The notes: generated by a model not told the origin, from the sequence alone. A DNA stretch of 64,000 bases from Camelus ferus (GCF_009834535.1 NC_045696.1:15254001-15318000), one strand, 5' to 3'. Positions 1-13,030 are shown, counted from the stretch's first letter. A program made the numbers and translations.

Positions 1-175
1 TACAAATTACTCTGTATAAAATAAGCTACAAGGATATATTGTACCCAGGGAATAGCCAATATTTTATAATTACTATAAATGGAGTATAACCTTTAAAAAG
101 TTGTGAATCACTATATTGGATACTTGTAACATATAATATTGTACATCACCTATACAGCAATAAAAGAATAAAAAT
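1..175 (+). mobile_element. LINE-1 3' UTR end (artiodactyl type), cut by the window edge
   Basis: Reads 'gggaatagccaatattttataat...ttgtgaatcactatatt...gtacatcacctatacagcAATAAA' followed by an A-rich tail, a typical L1 terminus. Confidence 0.8.
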
Positions 176-1974
176 AAATTTTAAATTTGTTTAAATATAA
201 GAAAAAACTTCATACTAAAAAATATATATAAGAATAGTTAAATAAATGCTCCATTATTTTTGTGTCACCAATTAGCTGCTATTTTGGAAATTGTAGAAAT
301 ATCTTTCTCAGTTAAAAAAATGGTTAACAGAAATTAAAAAAAAAACATATCTTTAAAAAAACGCATTATCTTATCTTTGTTGTAAAGGTTTATTCTTAGA
401 GCTTATGCATAGAAATTCAATAACAATTTTGGTATTAAAAAAACGTCTCATTCAAACTATTTTGCACTTCTCTCCAGCCACAACTGTATTAAAACAGACA
501 GAGCAAATAACTGGATAGACAAAAGACCAGCCACTACAAAGAGCAAGAGAAATCACTGTGGTAAAAGAAAACAGATGATGCAGAAATTAGATACTAAGAT
601 CACCGTGGAATTTCTGAGAGTAACTATTGACTCAAGAGTGCAAGATGTTTTTGTCTTTAAAACATTATCTGTTGTAAATCTATCCCACTTCAAGCCCACA
701 CTACTTGATTGACTAATTTACCTTTGTCTAGACTTAATATAGTTCATTTCTTACATACATAAAAACGAACCCATGAAATAGATTCCAAATTTATTTTCTC
801 CATAGGAAGACAAATAAAAGGGGGTGGGAGACAACTGCAATTATTACCTTTTGTTTTTATCAATGGTCTCACAAGGAAGAGCAACAAAAAAAGGTTATGG
901 TTTTTTTTTTCTTTTTCTCAAAATCCATTGTGGAGAATATTCAGAGACACATCGATTCAAAAAATATTTGTTGACCAAATGTCCACTTCATTGTACTTTT
1001 TGCACCTCACTGTATTCCTGGTTATAAGTAACATATTAAAACCTTAATCATTTGAATTAAGTTTTGACGCACAACTTGTAACGATGAAGGCTAAAACTGA
1101 TAGCAATTAAATTATCTATCTTAAACATACTAGTCAATTTAAAATGAACATAATTTGACAATGTTAACACATGTGTTCAAGGCTCCTTTTCTACACCATT
1201 TACTTCTAAGTAAATGTTCTGAGTCAGTACATTAAAGAGACAAAATCAGAAATAGTTTCCATTATTATCATTGTTGTTATTGCTATCACTATTATTTTAA
1301 TTCTGTTATGCTAAATACCAGGGCAGTTAAAACACATTTCTCAATACTATGTAGGATGAAAAATAAAATCAGCTACTATACTCAGATCTGTTGGAAACAC
1401 ACCATCTGATAGGTCTATATTGTTCCAATTATATACATTTTGAAGCAACTCTAGATATCTAAAAGATTGTAAAAAGATAATTGACTTTTTAAACTTCAAA
1501 GCAATAAGAATAACTATAGAAATTATTGGTCGAGATAAAAGGAAAAAGAAAGCCAAGAAAAAGTGTCTCACCTGGGAGATTATTTTGCAGAGAACTTGAA
1601 TAAGCTATTTGTTAAAAGCTTAGCTGACAGCTGTCATGTCTAATGGACTCATAATAACATTCAATTATGCTTAAAAAGTCATATAAGAGTGCTATTCTCT
1701 TCTATCCAAAATGCTGCATGATGATCAAAATGATAAGGAAAGATCTAGTTTCACACACAAAAACAGCTTATATTAGGAGCCACAATTCATTTTTTAAATC
1801 GGTAAAGAAAAAAACATTAACCAGCCTGAAATAAAGCATCATATTTGTGCACTTTTGATTCCATACAACTAGGAGAAAAAGGCCTCGCACACTGAGAAGA
1901 GCCTTGAACATGGAACCAGGAGCCTGGGTTTGGATTCTGGCCCATTAACTTTTAATGTTATTATTTGAATATCA

Positions 1975-2215
1975 CATATTTAGTGCTTTCAGTGCTAAGA
2001 CTTTTAAATATCTATTTAATCCTCACAATAATTGTGTGATGCAAGCCAAATAATCTTTAATTATTTATATAATTTATATACTTATGTATTATACATACTT
2101 ATTAACATCTCTAACAAAACTGAGAGTCCGAAATTTTAAGAAATGTAAATTCACGCAGCTAGAAAGATGAAAGCTAGACTTAATCTGACTGACTAGAAAG
2201 ATTCTGCCCTTAAAT
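1975..2215 (-). mobile_element. MIR SINE, degraded
   Basis: Contains 'atttaatcctcacaataa' and 'aaactgagagtccgaaattttaag', MIR core motifs in antisense. Confidence 0.6.
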
Positions 2216-3439
2216 GTTATGTCATTGATAAATAATAGGGCATAAAACAAGATATATAGATATATAATATTTTATTCACTTAAAACGGTGTTGAAGTAAC
2301 TAGATTATTAATTTTTATTAAAGTATGCACATATCTTTTTAATATTCTGTGTGATGAAACAGGAAGTCCACAAATACAATACTTGATATATTCCTATGTC
2401 ATATTTGTCAAAAGGAACAGAAGTTATGTTTGATCTGTGAGCTGAGTCAGAGGCCTTCTTCCAGATATGCTATATTTGCTTGAAATACTAACTAATAGGT
2501 AAACTCAAATCCAAACAATTAATGGGTAAGTAAGTGTAAACTCTTAGTAGGAAGTAGATTTGACCTGCCTTTTGCAAATGAGGAAACTCAGGCAAGAGAG
2601 GGTAAGCCTTTCAAGCAGACACACCTACTGACTGATGAATCTTGTTTAGCATTTGGTTTATGTCTGCAACCAAAGCTAATGCTCTTTCTCCTTCACCAAG
2701 TGGTAAGTGGGTACACATGTCTCAGATGGGAGGGATAATTGATACAACAGACAATTTAGATAGCAGTAGTAAACAAGAATCAAGTCCATTCTAGTTGTTT
2801 TGCAGAAACTTTATAAAATTTTTCAGGCCTTGTTTTTATCCAGTCTGAACAGTGATCAGACCATTCGGCAGCTGCCTCCTCGTGTACAACTCCCATAAAT
2901 CCACCAGGGCAGCTGAGAGGCTATCAACTGCAGCTGCAAAGGGAGACTTTGAAACACTGAAATCTGACCAATACCATTTGAACTTAGTACAGAATGATGA
3001 AATATGTCTGTGGCAAAATCACCCAGAAAAATATTCAAAATTGTTTTCATTTTTGAAACAAATTTGTCAAATTTTAAGCAATCTGTGTACATGACCTTGA
3101 CTTGAAGAGTTCTGAAATTTCTTAAATAATTGTTTTTTCCATTCAGGAGACCACAATAGTAGAATTATTGCGGTTTTTTAATTACTGGAATTGTAATAAA
3201 AATAAGCAATAAAATAACTACTAAAAAATAGCAAGAAGAATGCATAAATTGCAACTTGACCAAAGTTAATTTCTAACAATAAATATAGGATTATTAATTT
3301 CAAAGACCCCCCCATTCTAAGAGCTTGTTGGAATATTTTAACTTAATTATATTTGAGATTTCAAAAAAAGTAAAATTTGATTGAAAAAGTACAGCTTTTA
3401 AAAGCTACAGCTTTGTATTGAATTCTTTGCACATCTGTA

Positions 3440-3935
3440 AATGTTAAATATATTATGATTCACCTTTAAAATGTGTATACTATTTGACCCAGCATTTTCA
3501 TCTTGGGAATTTATCTTAAACAATAATTGAAGAGGTACATTAAATATTGATTGAATATACTCATTGTAACATTGTTTATATTATCAAATTTATGGAAAGT
3601 CAATTCAAGTTTATCAACACAGGATTGTTGAAATAAAATAAGATATTATGGGCACATAACATTTTGTGTGGAATTATTTTAATTGCTGTTTATGACAGAA
3701 TTGAACGAAGAAGCAGTTTAAAAGATTCAACAAATGTTCCTATTTATATATATTATTTGTACATGTTTATTTCTCCTTATGTATGCAGAAAAGGATGTTA
3801 GGAGTTGTTTGTCAAAATACCAACAGTGCTTAACTAAGAGTATGGAGATGGAGGTAAATTTTTTTTTATCATTTTGCACTTTCTTATATTACTGAATTTT
3901 GTTTGTGATTGTATATTATTTTTATAATCTAATAA
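3440..3935 (+). mobile_element. Ancient L1 (L1ME-like) ORF2 end and 3' UTR fragment
   Basis: Contains 'tatttgacccagcattttcatcttgggaatttatc' (PFDPAIxLLGIY-like) and 'cattgtttatattatcaaa', then a decayed 3' UTR. Confidence 0.6.
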
Positions 3936-4473
3936 AGTTATTGTCATTTTTAGATAGTTGACAATTTGAATAAGTATGTGAACGGTTGAAAAAATAGCTT
4001 GATATTGGCATGTGGACACAAAGGTAGCTTTTTCTGCTTCCTCCTTCTAATATTCGTGTAAATACTTGCAATCATATGACTCCAATAAGCATATTAACAT
4101 TAGAGATTTTAGGCATTTTTTTCACTTCATTTTCCTTATTTTCCAGCTGTTCCTTGATCAAACTATTTAAGTCCCTTTATATTAAAATTGGGAGATTAAC
4201 TAGATTGAAAGATTTTGAAGAAAAATTAGTATCTAATATTAAATGTAATTATTTTATATTTAAAAATGTGTAGCCATCCAAAGTAACAAAAGGGAAATTA
4301 ATTTGCTGTTTAAAGAGAATCATAAACATAAGAGGGGGTGAAAGTTTATATTCCTTACTTTGCTCCCTATATCCCACTCTGTTTTCTCTATTTTTATAAC
4401 TCTAATTTTTAATTTATAGCACTTTTATCTACAAAATGAGTTTTAGAACACCTTTCAAATATCATGTGTTTTT

Positions 4474-4765
4474 AACAGACTCAGGGACATAGAAAAAAAA
4501 AAGCTATGGTTAGCAAAAGGAAAAGGGAAGGGAGGGATAAATTAAGAGTTTGAGATTAACGGATACACATTACTATATATAAAATAGATAAACAACAAGG
4601 GCCTACTGTATAGCACCAGGAACTATATTTAATTTCTTATAATAGCATATAATAGAAAAGAATCTGAAAATATGTATATATGTATATGTATGGCTGAATC
4701 ACTTTGCTGTATACCTGAAACTAACACTGTAAACCAACTTCAATAAAAAACAAAATTAAAAAAAA
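4474..4765 (+). mobile_element. 5'-truncated LINE-1 (3' UTR plus polyA) with 17-bp TSD
   Basis: L1 3' UTR 'acagactcagggacatagaa...gggagggataaattaagagtttgagattaac...caataaaaaa'. TSD is AAATATCATGTGTTTTT (4457-4473) and AAATACCATGTGTTTTT (4766-4782). Confidence 0.92.
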
Positions 4766-5598
4766 AAATACCATGTGTTTTTCAGTTACTGTTTGAACTG
4801 AGGCCTTCATTAACTTGGTGTTTTATTTTGTGCAGTATCCTACATGACAGGTTTGCAAGCAAGATAAAATTTAAACTTATATTCTAATATATTATTTTGA
4901 ACAAATTTAAATAAACACCAGGATATGTATACAGGCTTCAAGGACATATGATTTCATGGAGAAGAGCTGATCTTTTTTAGAATCATTGGCTTATGTACTT
5001 TTACTGGTACCCTCTGTAATTGGGATGTGCAGCAATAGGCATCATGATCCCGGTCCTTTAGCGACTAGGGATGCATTCACAGTTTTGGAATTTTAGGGGG
5101 GAACTGTGGTTCTATCCCTTCACAGAAACCTGCCTGGGGAAAGATTTAGTACAATTTCTCAACAAAATCTCCCTCACACGGACCCCTTCACTTTTCCATC
5201 ATGGAGTCTACGAACCTACTAGTACTTGAGCTCATCTTTCCATCATTGCTCCCATTATAGACCAAGGGTTCCTCCACCATTCAATACAATCACTTTTTGT
5301 AACGATTTCCTCTTCTTTCTCCTTGAATCTCTTGGTATTCCTTCTTTCTCTGCCTCATTGGTTTCAGCTAAATTATTTAGAAATATATGTGTGTGTATTT
5401 CATCCCAAGAGACATAATCTACCTACCATATAATTTCACTCCATTTCTCAGGTTTTCTTAAGAGCTAAAATTTTGGAGCTGTTTCCAATTCACACTGATT
5501 CAACTTCCTTTACTATAAACTACTCAAAGATGGTTATTTTTGTTTATTTTTGTCAGCTCAGTTCTCAGTTGTGCATTAAAAAGCTTTCTTTTTTTTCC

Positions 5599-5600
<2 letters not shown>

Positions 5601-5632
<32 letters not shown>
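5601..5632. repeat. (TG)16 microsatellite
   Basis: Perfect TG dinucleotide run read directly. Confidence 0.97.
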
Positions 5633-5633
<1 letters not shown>

Positions 5634-5842
5634 ATACCTTTCTAACAAGTCAACGTTTCTGTGAAGGAAACTTCTGTGAAGGAATGCTGTACACATTATC
5701 TGAGTTCTCATCTACATCAATTATATACACTTGGCACTTACCATCCTGAAATGTGTTCTTCTCTTGGCTTCAAGAACATCTTGATTTTCTTGTTTTTTCT
5801 GTTTCTATAATAGCTAAATTGATTTAATCTCCTCTTTCTGAC

Positions 5843-6286
5843 TGAAACAGAAGGAAGAGGGGCAAGGCACAACTACTGAAGGAATGACACAGCAATTGAG
5901 GACAGGACGAACTGGTTAGGACCAAGATGGTGGAAGATTTGACTTCCAGGAGATCTTGAACCTCATAGCACACCCACAGGCACCAGGACAGTTCCTGGGC
6001 TGACCATAAAAGGTCAAAAAGTAGGTGTGGGGGGTAATGTTTCCTAGAAATTCTCGCCCCTTCCCCAAAGTAGCTGGAATAATCCTCCTCATTAGCATAT
6101 GAAATTACTAAACCCATAAAAACTAACTCAGCACCCGTGGTCATTCTCTATCTCTCTCTTGCCTCTGAGAGGGCTCACACTCTGTCTATGGAGCGTGTAT
6201 CTCTCTAAATAAGCTTGCTTTCACTTTACTATGCCTTGCTTTTGAATTCTTTCCTGTGCAAGGCAAGAACCTATTCTCTAACAACA
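5843..6286 (+). mobile_element. ERV1-class solo LTR, MER41-like
   Basis: TG...CA termini with a perfect 4-bp TSD TGAC (5839-5842 and 6287-6290). The 3' half resembles MER41: 'gaataatcc..ttagcatat', 'ctctgtctatggag', 'cttgctttcactttact', 'tgaattctttc..caagaacc'. Confidence 0.88.
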
Positions 6287-6910
6287 TGACCTCTATATTT
6301 GGGAGCCACTAGAGTCCTGTCCTATTCTCTCCTGATATTTACTACCACCAATATAAGTATATCACCATCCCCAACATCCACCTGAACTCCATTTTCAAGG
6401 AGGCAAATGCCCATTCTACTTCACTTGGATGCTAATAGGTGTATCAAATTTAACATGTTCAAGTCAAATAGAACTATTCATTTACCTCAAAAAACCTACT
6501 CCCTATTTTCTTAGATTCCAGTCCAGATTACCATTATCTCTTTCCTGCTGCACTCCAACGTCTTCTTAACTGGACTTCCTGTGTTAACTCTTCTTCCCCA
6601 AACCCCCTGTCCATTTTCCCAGTAGCATCTCTTAAATCCTTGCAAAGTCTTTCCTTTGGCTTAAATTAGATTTCATACTCTTTATTCCCACATAATCTAG
6701 ACCCTTACTACTTAGTCAACTTCACATCCTACAACTCTTAACCTCACCAACTATTCCTTCACTCACACACAGTTTCTAATTGTTCCTGGAACCCATTAAG
6801 CTTGTTTAAAACAGGACCCTATATTTGTGCATTTCTTTTCCTAATAAATTGTTACTGCAGCTCTTCACATGGATGGTTTGGTATTCACATTCTGGTCTCA
6901 GTACAGTTAT

Positions 6911-7553
6911 TGTTAGAGCAGGCAGATAGCTAGATATGAGCAGAGAAAGGGGGACACAGGCCAAATGGCAGGAATTGGGCAAAAAAGGAGGAATAGAGGC
7001 CAAATGCAGGTAACCATTGCAATGTAAACAAAAGGGATCCTTGGGTAGACAGAAAAGCAGGAATCTTGGGACTGATAAGAGATCACACATTTTGGCACGA
7101 AAAGTGGCCTGGAGGCCAGCAAAGAAAGGTACAAAAAGTCAGGAATCTCCAGTGTCTGAATGTAACTTATTGTTCATTATGCCCTCATTATAATAAAATT
7201 ATCTTTGCAGATTAAAAGTACCCATCACGCACCAACATCATGACACTTCTGATCCAGACTAAATAAGGACAAAAATCCATCTTCTCCTCTGGAAGGTAGA
7301 CCTGGAATGAAAATCAGAGAATACGACCCCAAACCCTTCCCTCCCCCAATGAATAGTCCACCCCTTCATTTTCACACCCTATGTAACCAATTTGCCAAAG
7401 AAACTCAGGGCAGCTGCTCACCTGAGCCTGCTCCCTCTCCCTTTGAGAGTGTACTATCCATCCCTTAATAAATCTTCACCTTACTTTCTTAACCTCCATG
7501 TCTCGTCTCTCAATTCTTTCTGCCATGAGACAAGAACCTAATCACCAGCAACA
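6911..7553 (+). mobile_element. ERV1-class solo LTR (copy A)
   Basis: Runs TGTTAGAGCAGG...CAGCAACA with a perfect 4-bp TSD TTAT (6907-6910 and 7554-7557). AATAAA at 7467-7472. Closely similar to 11892-12502. Confidence 0.92.
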
Positions 7554-8120
7554 TTATCACAAAGACTCCTTTGAATGCCATTTGTAAAACATTCTTCCTC
7601 CCTTTTTCTCTCCACCCCTTGTCCTGTTTTATTTTCATTACAGCTTATCACTACCTGAAATTATGTTATTTATTTGTTTGATTGTTTATTCTTTCTTTCC
7701 ACTACTATAAAAAGTAAGTTCTGGTGCTCAGGGCCTTTGTTCCCCTTGTCAACCATTGTATCCCCAACATTCAGACAAATAGCTGGCACATAGGAGATTC
7801 TCAATGAATATCTGTTGAAAAAACAATGATTGCATATTTCTGGCAAAAGTCACAATTGACCAATTTTAATTTACTTTCAACTGCTGAAGATCTAATTCCA
7901 GATGTAGAATAAAATCACTCCATCTGCTCTAGAGATAACCTAAAACTTCCTTTTCTTTGCTTACAAAATTAAATTCAAAATTCTTGCCTTAGGCATTCCA
8001 CTCCCTCCATGTCAAACTGTGTTTCCTTGACCCTAGATCACACAGTCCTCCCACACACATGCAACACCAACTACCCTTCTTTCCCCCTCTTACTGCTGCC
8101 ATGAGCCCAGGCACAGAAAA

Positions 8121-8345
8121 GCAGTGTAGACATGGTAGAGAAGGTTGACTCTGGAGACAAGATATTTACTTCATTCCCCTACTTCACCATCACCAACTGT
8201 GCAATCTTAGGTCAGTGGCTCAACTTTTCTAAGCTTTAGTTTCTGCATCTGTAAAATACAAATTAAAAAAAAAAAAAAAACCTGCCTGTCTCATAGGGTT
8301 GTCATGAGAACTAAATGATACAATGCATGTAAAGCACTGAGGAGT
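8121..8345 (+). mobile_element. MIR SINE
   Basis: Reads 'gcagtgtagacatggtag...ctgtgcaatcttaggtcagtggctcaacttttctaagctttagtttctgcatctgtaaaat...tcatagggttgtcatgagaactaaatga'. Confidence 0.85.
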
Positions 8346-11300
8346 GCAATGTCACCACATCTCAATTTTGTTTTCTGAAAGACAGTAATATGTATACATA
8401 AAGAAACCAAAACTCTTTCAAGTCCTTCCCCTACCTAAAATTCTGTAAACACCAAATATTTATGAAGAATGTTAAACCGAGGATTTGTAAGAAGAAAGAA
8501 AAAGTTGGTTAATAAGGTTGCGGTAGCTCACAATGTCTAGCTCCTTACCTCATGATCCTGATAAAATGCTTGCCAATATAAAATCATGACAAAGCTATTT
8601 CATGGGTGTGAACCTTGAGAAAACTACTTCAACATCAAATTTTTTGGCTTAGTTTATTTTCACAGGTCATTTTTTGTGGGTTTCAAAATCTAATGATATT
8701 TCCACTGAATAATCTGACCTCCTGAGCAATCATGTATTTTTGTAAGGCCATCAAACTATTTCTACCAGAAAGGGATCTGTGTTATTAATTTAAAATTTCC
8801 TTTGGTTTCGAGGTTCTGTAGCACACAGTATTTCTTTTACTTTCCTTTATTATTATCGTATTATATTTTACCTAGTAGGCATCAATAAAAGATTTTCAAA
8901 GAAAATACATTTATTATACATAAATAATAAAACTCATTTTCCAAATACTTTTCACTTGAAAATGGTATTTTGTTTTATTGCTGCGGAAAAAAAATTTTAA
9001 GCTATAATAAAAACTCAGGTTATTTTTAATGTGAATTCCATTTAAGTACTAACAGAGTACTGATTAAAATTTATATAGTATTAGCAAAATGAGCAACTTT
9101 CCACTCTCTGGGGGCCGAGGGGGAGCAGAAGTCAGATCTTACATTTGTGTTTTGAAAAACTACATTTTTGCAACATTAATACCCATTTCATGCTAATAAA
9201 CTTAAATTTTCAAACTTCCCATACAAAGCTATATCCCATATACACTAGAAATTCATTTGCATTTTTAAATAAAAGTACCCTATAGAGTTAAGTATTTTCA
9301 AGGAAAATGATAACATGTAACTTTTTCCAAAGGCTAATTAAATACAGAATATTTCAACAGAAAGATTCAATATTATACTGAAACTAATATGTCCCTATAA
9401 GATGAAAACCTCCTTTAGTTACTTAAAGCTTTAATTTTTTTTTAACTTCTAGCTATAAATTAAAGTACAATAAACTGGATTTACATTAATAAGGTTTCAT
9501 TTTACAGCTGATATATATTTAAAAACCAGATCAACTCAGGACTTTTTTGTTTTTGTTTTTGTTTTTTTTAGTGCTGACTAAAGCACTAAAAACCCACTGC
9601 TTTCTAACTCTGCTTCTAACACAAAGAATCTGACACAACAAGAAATGTCTTGCCCTGCTCGTGTCAGTTCAAGTCAGATGTTTAACATTGCTCTAACATG
9701 GTGTTTTTTTGAGGTTTAATCTCCATTCAGTTCCACTTTTTAGAAAGCAATGGTGCAACTTAGTATTACAACAACACAAAAAATCCCAGCCACATGGTAA
9801 AAGCTGATCCAAAAACAAATGAGTAACATCAAAACCAGGCCAAAAATCATATCCCAAGAATTAAAAAAAAAAGAAATCTAGCAACTTCAATGGAAACTTC
9901 TACACTAGTTGGGTTCATAAACACAAAGTAAAGGTGGAGAAAGTCATTATTTTATTAACTCTGCTTAAGTACTAAAAGTAAGAGACCAAGGTAAGCTTTC
10001 TTTCTCTATAAGAAAGGCAGAGAATTTTTAAATTACAGGGTTACATTTTGTTAGTTAATGGTCTTTTAAACTAAGTTCTGTTGAAAGTATAATCATGTGA
10101 GCAGCTATATAACTTCCTGTTTATTTAAACTTTTCCTGAAGTTTTTGCCCTAATAAAACCTAAGGAATATCTTCTTTCAATCTTAGCATCATCTATTCCT
10201 TTAGATCATATTAAAGATGAGATTGAAGTTAACCTCTGTAGATGAAAAAACACTGACCATTTTTTTTTTCATAAACCAATTTGTTTTTTCTTAAATCAAT
10301 TCTTTAAATAACTAATGCTTTTAGGCTCTATCTCTAAGTTCAGATAAGAGGGTTTTTTTTTTTTCTTTCCTGGTATGACAATGTTTTGACCAGAGTAATG
10401 TTCTAATAAACATCAATTAACTTTTATGTACTTTAGGAAATGGGGAGTAAGTCCCACATGCATCCATGTTGCTACACCAAACTTTTTCAATGACAAAAGC
10501 AATGTGCTTCTTCAGCCATAAAACAGTCAGCAACTTATTATTTGTGGCTCAGACATCTGTATAACTCTGGCTAACTTTTCTAACCTCTCAATATTTTATT
10601 TTTCTTCTCTGCCTAAAAATGAATATGGATTCTTAAAATTATATGGGTTCTTAGCAGTATATTCTGAATATCAATGAAATACGAGTATTCAATGACATAA
10701 TAGATATAAAACCAACCAATAACACGACTAGCCAATAATGATATTTTTTCAAACTGTAAAATATGTAAATACAGAGGACTCACATTGGTACAAAGAGATA
10801 TTAGGCTAAAGATGAGTTTTTCAAGAATACTTCTGAGATTCTACTGAAAAATACATATATATTCAAGGGCTTTCAGGGACATCTCTAGATTCTTTAAAGA
10901 AAAACTGCAATCATTTTTATATTTAATTAAAACTTATATTCTAAACTAACTTATGCTTTTAATTCTGCTTTGAAGTCATATTGTGACCAACTTCTACAAT
11001 CTCTTTCCTTTGGTCAGATCATAAAAATATTGGAAAATATATTTTAAAATAGTGTGAATGCATTGACTCCCCCAGAAACACAAAAGAGAAGTTACTTTTA
11101 AGAATAAAAGCAGATGAGACTCAAACCAAGAGGAAAATGACTTCTTAAGATTCTTAGGCGACCCTGTGGAAGAGAATACCAAAAAAAGTGGGAACAGTCC
11201 AAAGGATTTCTATGCCTAAAGATGGTAGATGCTCAGAGTGAGGGATAGGCAACCAACAGGGACCACCTAGTGAAAGGTCCGAACCAGTCAAAGCTGAGAA

Positions 11301-11891
11301 AAGATAAGAAAGATCAGATGCAAAGCTATTGTCTCATCATATTGAAAAAGTAAGAAACATGAACTCTGGAAATTCCTACTTCTCACTCTGCTGCAAAAAG
11401 AGGTAGCAAGAATTGCCAACTTGAAGCAGTCAAAAACCCCAAGCATGGAGACTGAAAACCACGGAGACAATAAAATCAAATAACAAACCAGAGTACCGAG
11501 TCACAATAAAACAGTAGTACTAAAGAAATAAAAAAAAAAAAAGACGTTAAAACAAGTAAAATTAATAAAGATTAAAGTTGCATCTATGAGACAAAGACAA
11601 AAAACAAGTTGCCATAAAAAATAATCCTTTAGAGATACTTGAGATAAGTATAGCTATTGGGAAAAAATTGATATATAGGTTGAATGAAATAATGATTATA
11701 GATGAAGCACAAATTGGTGGTCTAGAAATGCTATGGATAGTAGATATCAAAAGTTGATATTTGCTTCATAGGAATATTGAAAGAGGGAACTGAGAAAAAT
11801 GAAGCTGAGAATCATAATTATAGAACTAACACTTGGAAGTGACCAAAAAGCTAAGGACCATGCCCAAGATGCTACGGAAAGATGCTAAAGG

Positions 11892-12502
11892 TGTTAGAGC
11901 AGGCAAATAGCTAGACATGAGCAGAGAAAGGGGGACACAGGTCAAATGGCAGGAACTGGGCAAAAAGGAGGGGCACAGGCCAAGTGCAGGAAACCCTGCA
12001 TCATGTAAACAACAGGGATCCCTGGGCATAGAAAGAAAATCAGGAAACACTGGGCTGATAAGTGATCACACATTTTGGGATTTAGGGGTGACAAACAGCC
12101 TGGAGGCCAACAAAGAAAGGTGGAAATAGGCAAGAATCTCCAGTGTCTGAATGTAACCTTTAGTTTATTATGCCCTCATTTCAATAAAATTAGCCTTGCA
12201 GATTAGAAGTACCCATCATGCACTGACACTATGACACTTCTGATTCAGAGTAAATAAGGACAAAAATCTCTCCTCCTTTTGGGAAGATGGGATGAAAATC
12301 AGAGAATATGACCCCACAGCCTTCCCTTCCCCTTGAATATTCCATCTATTCATTTTTACATCCTATGTTACCAACTTGCCAAAGAAACTCAGAGCAGCTG
12401 CTTACCTGAGCCTGCCTGCTCTCCCCACTTTAATTTCTTAACCTCCGTGTCCCATCTCTGAATTCTTTCTGCAATGAGACAAGTACCTAGTCACTGACAA
12501 CA
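11892..12502 (+). mobile_element. ERV1-class solo LTR (copy B, same family as 6911-7553)
   Basis: Runs TGTTAGAGCAGG...GACAACA with TSD AAGG (11888-11891) and CAGG (12503-12506). It lacks about 35 bp around the AATAAA present in copy A. Confidence 0.9.
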
Positions 12503-12659
12503 CAGGGAAGTACAATAGAGAATATTTTTAGGCAGAAATGGGATAAAACAAAAACTTTTCCTGATAGTATTGTACCAAGTATATATTACTCAATACTCTG
12601 GTTCTAATATACCTGTGGATATTAGTAAGTGTTTTGCACAGAAAATGATGGGACAGCAG

Positions 12660-13030
12660 TTTATCAGTCAAGAGTCATGGAGAAGGAAGAGACACTTGAA
12701 TGGAAACTGAAATACTGCACTGAATGAGAATAAGCCAGCAATAAATGGAACGGTGCTCTCAGTGAAAGACTCTTAAGTGTGAAATGAGCTGGACATATTC
12801 GAGGATCATTAGAAAAAGCATTGAATCTTCTGAGGAGTAAGCATGGAGGAAGACAGAAGGAAGGAGAAGGGTTCAGAGGGAGTCAAAATCCAGATCATAT
12901 AGTACCTTGTGAAGAAGACTGGCTTTATTTTACATGCATTGTGAAGGCTCTGGAGGATTTTAATAGAAAGTCATGTGAACTAAGACGTATTTTGGAAGAT
13001 CACTCTAGATTCTTTGTGGAGATTAGAAAA
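12660..13030 (-). mobile_element. L2 LINE fragment
   Basis: Purine-rich antisense L2 motifs: 'ccagatcatatagtaccttgtg', 'ctggaggattttaatag', 'ttttggaagatcactctagattctttgtggaga'. Confidence 0.7.

Larger units (their letters stand above)
5230..7830 (+). mobile_element. L2 LINE remnant interrupted by two solo LTRs
   Basis: Pyrimidine-rich L2 body continues across the LTRs at 5843-6286 and 6911-7553. It ends in the L2 3' motif 'ctggcacataggagattctcaatgaatatctgttgaa'. Confidence 0.75.

Noticed and set aside
1403..1458. Possible 56-bp minus-strand exon (ttttag|ATATCT...CAGATG|gtgtgt)
   Set aside because: Splicing it to the ATG at 16197 gives an early stop, the other frames are not recognisable, and such splice-like sites are common by chance.
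8549..8557. Possible 9-nt minus-strand microexon (atcag|GATCATGAG|gtaagg)
   Set aside because: The donor is good but the pyrimidine tract is weak, and there is no other support.
6911..12502. A 5.6-kb provirus bounded by two LTRs
   Set aside because: Each LTR has a separate TSD, there is no PBS, and the interior is L2, MIR and unique DNA.
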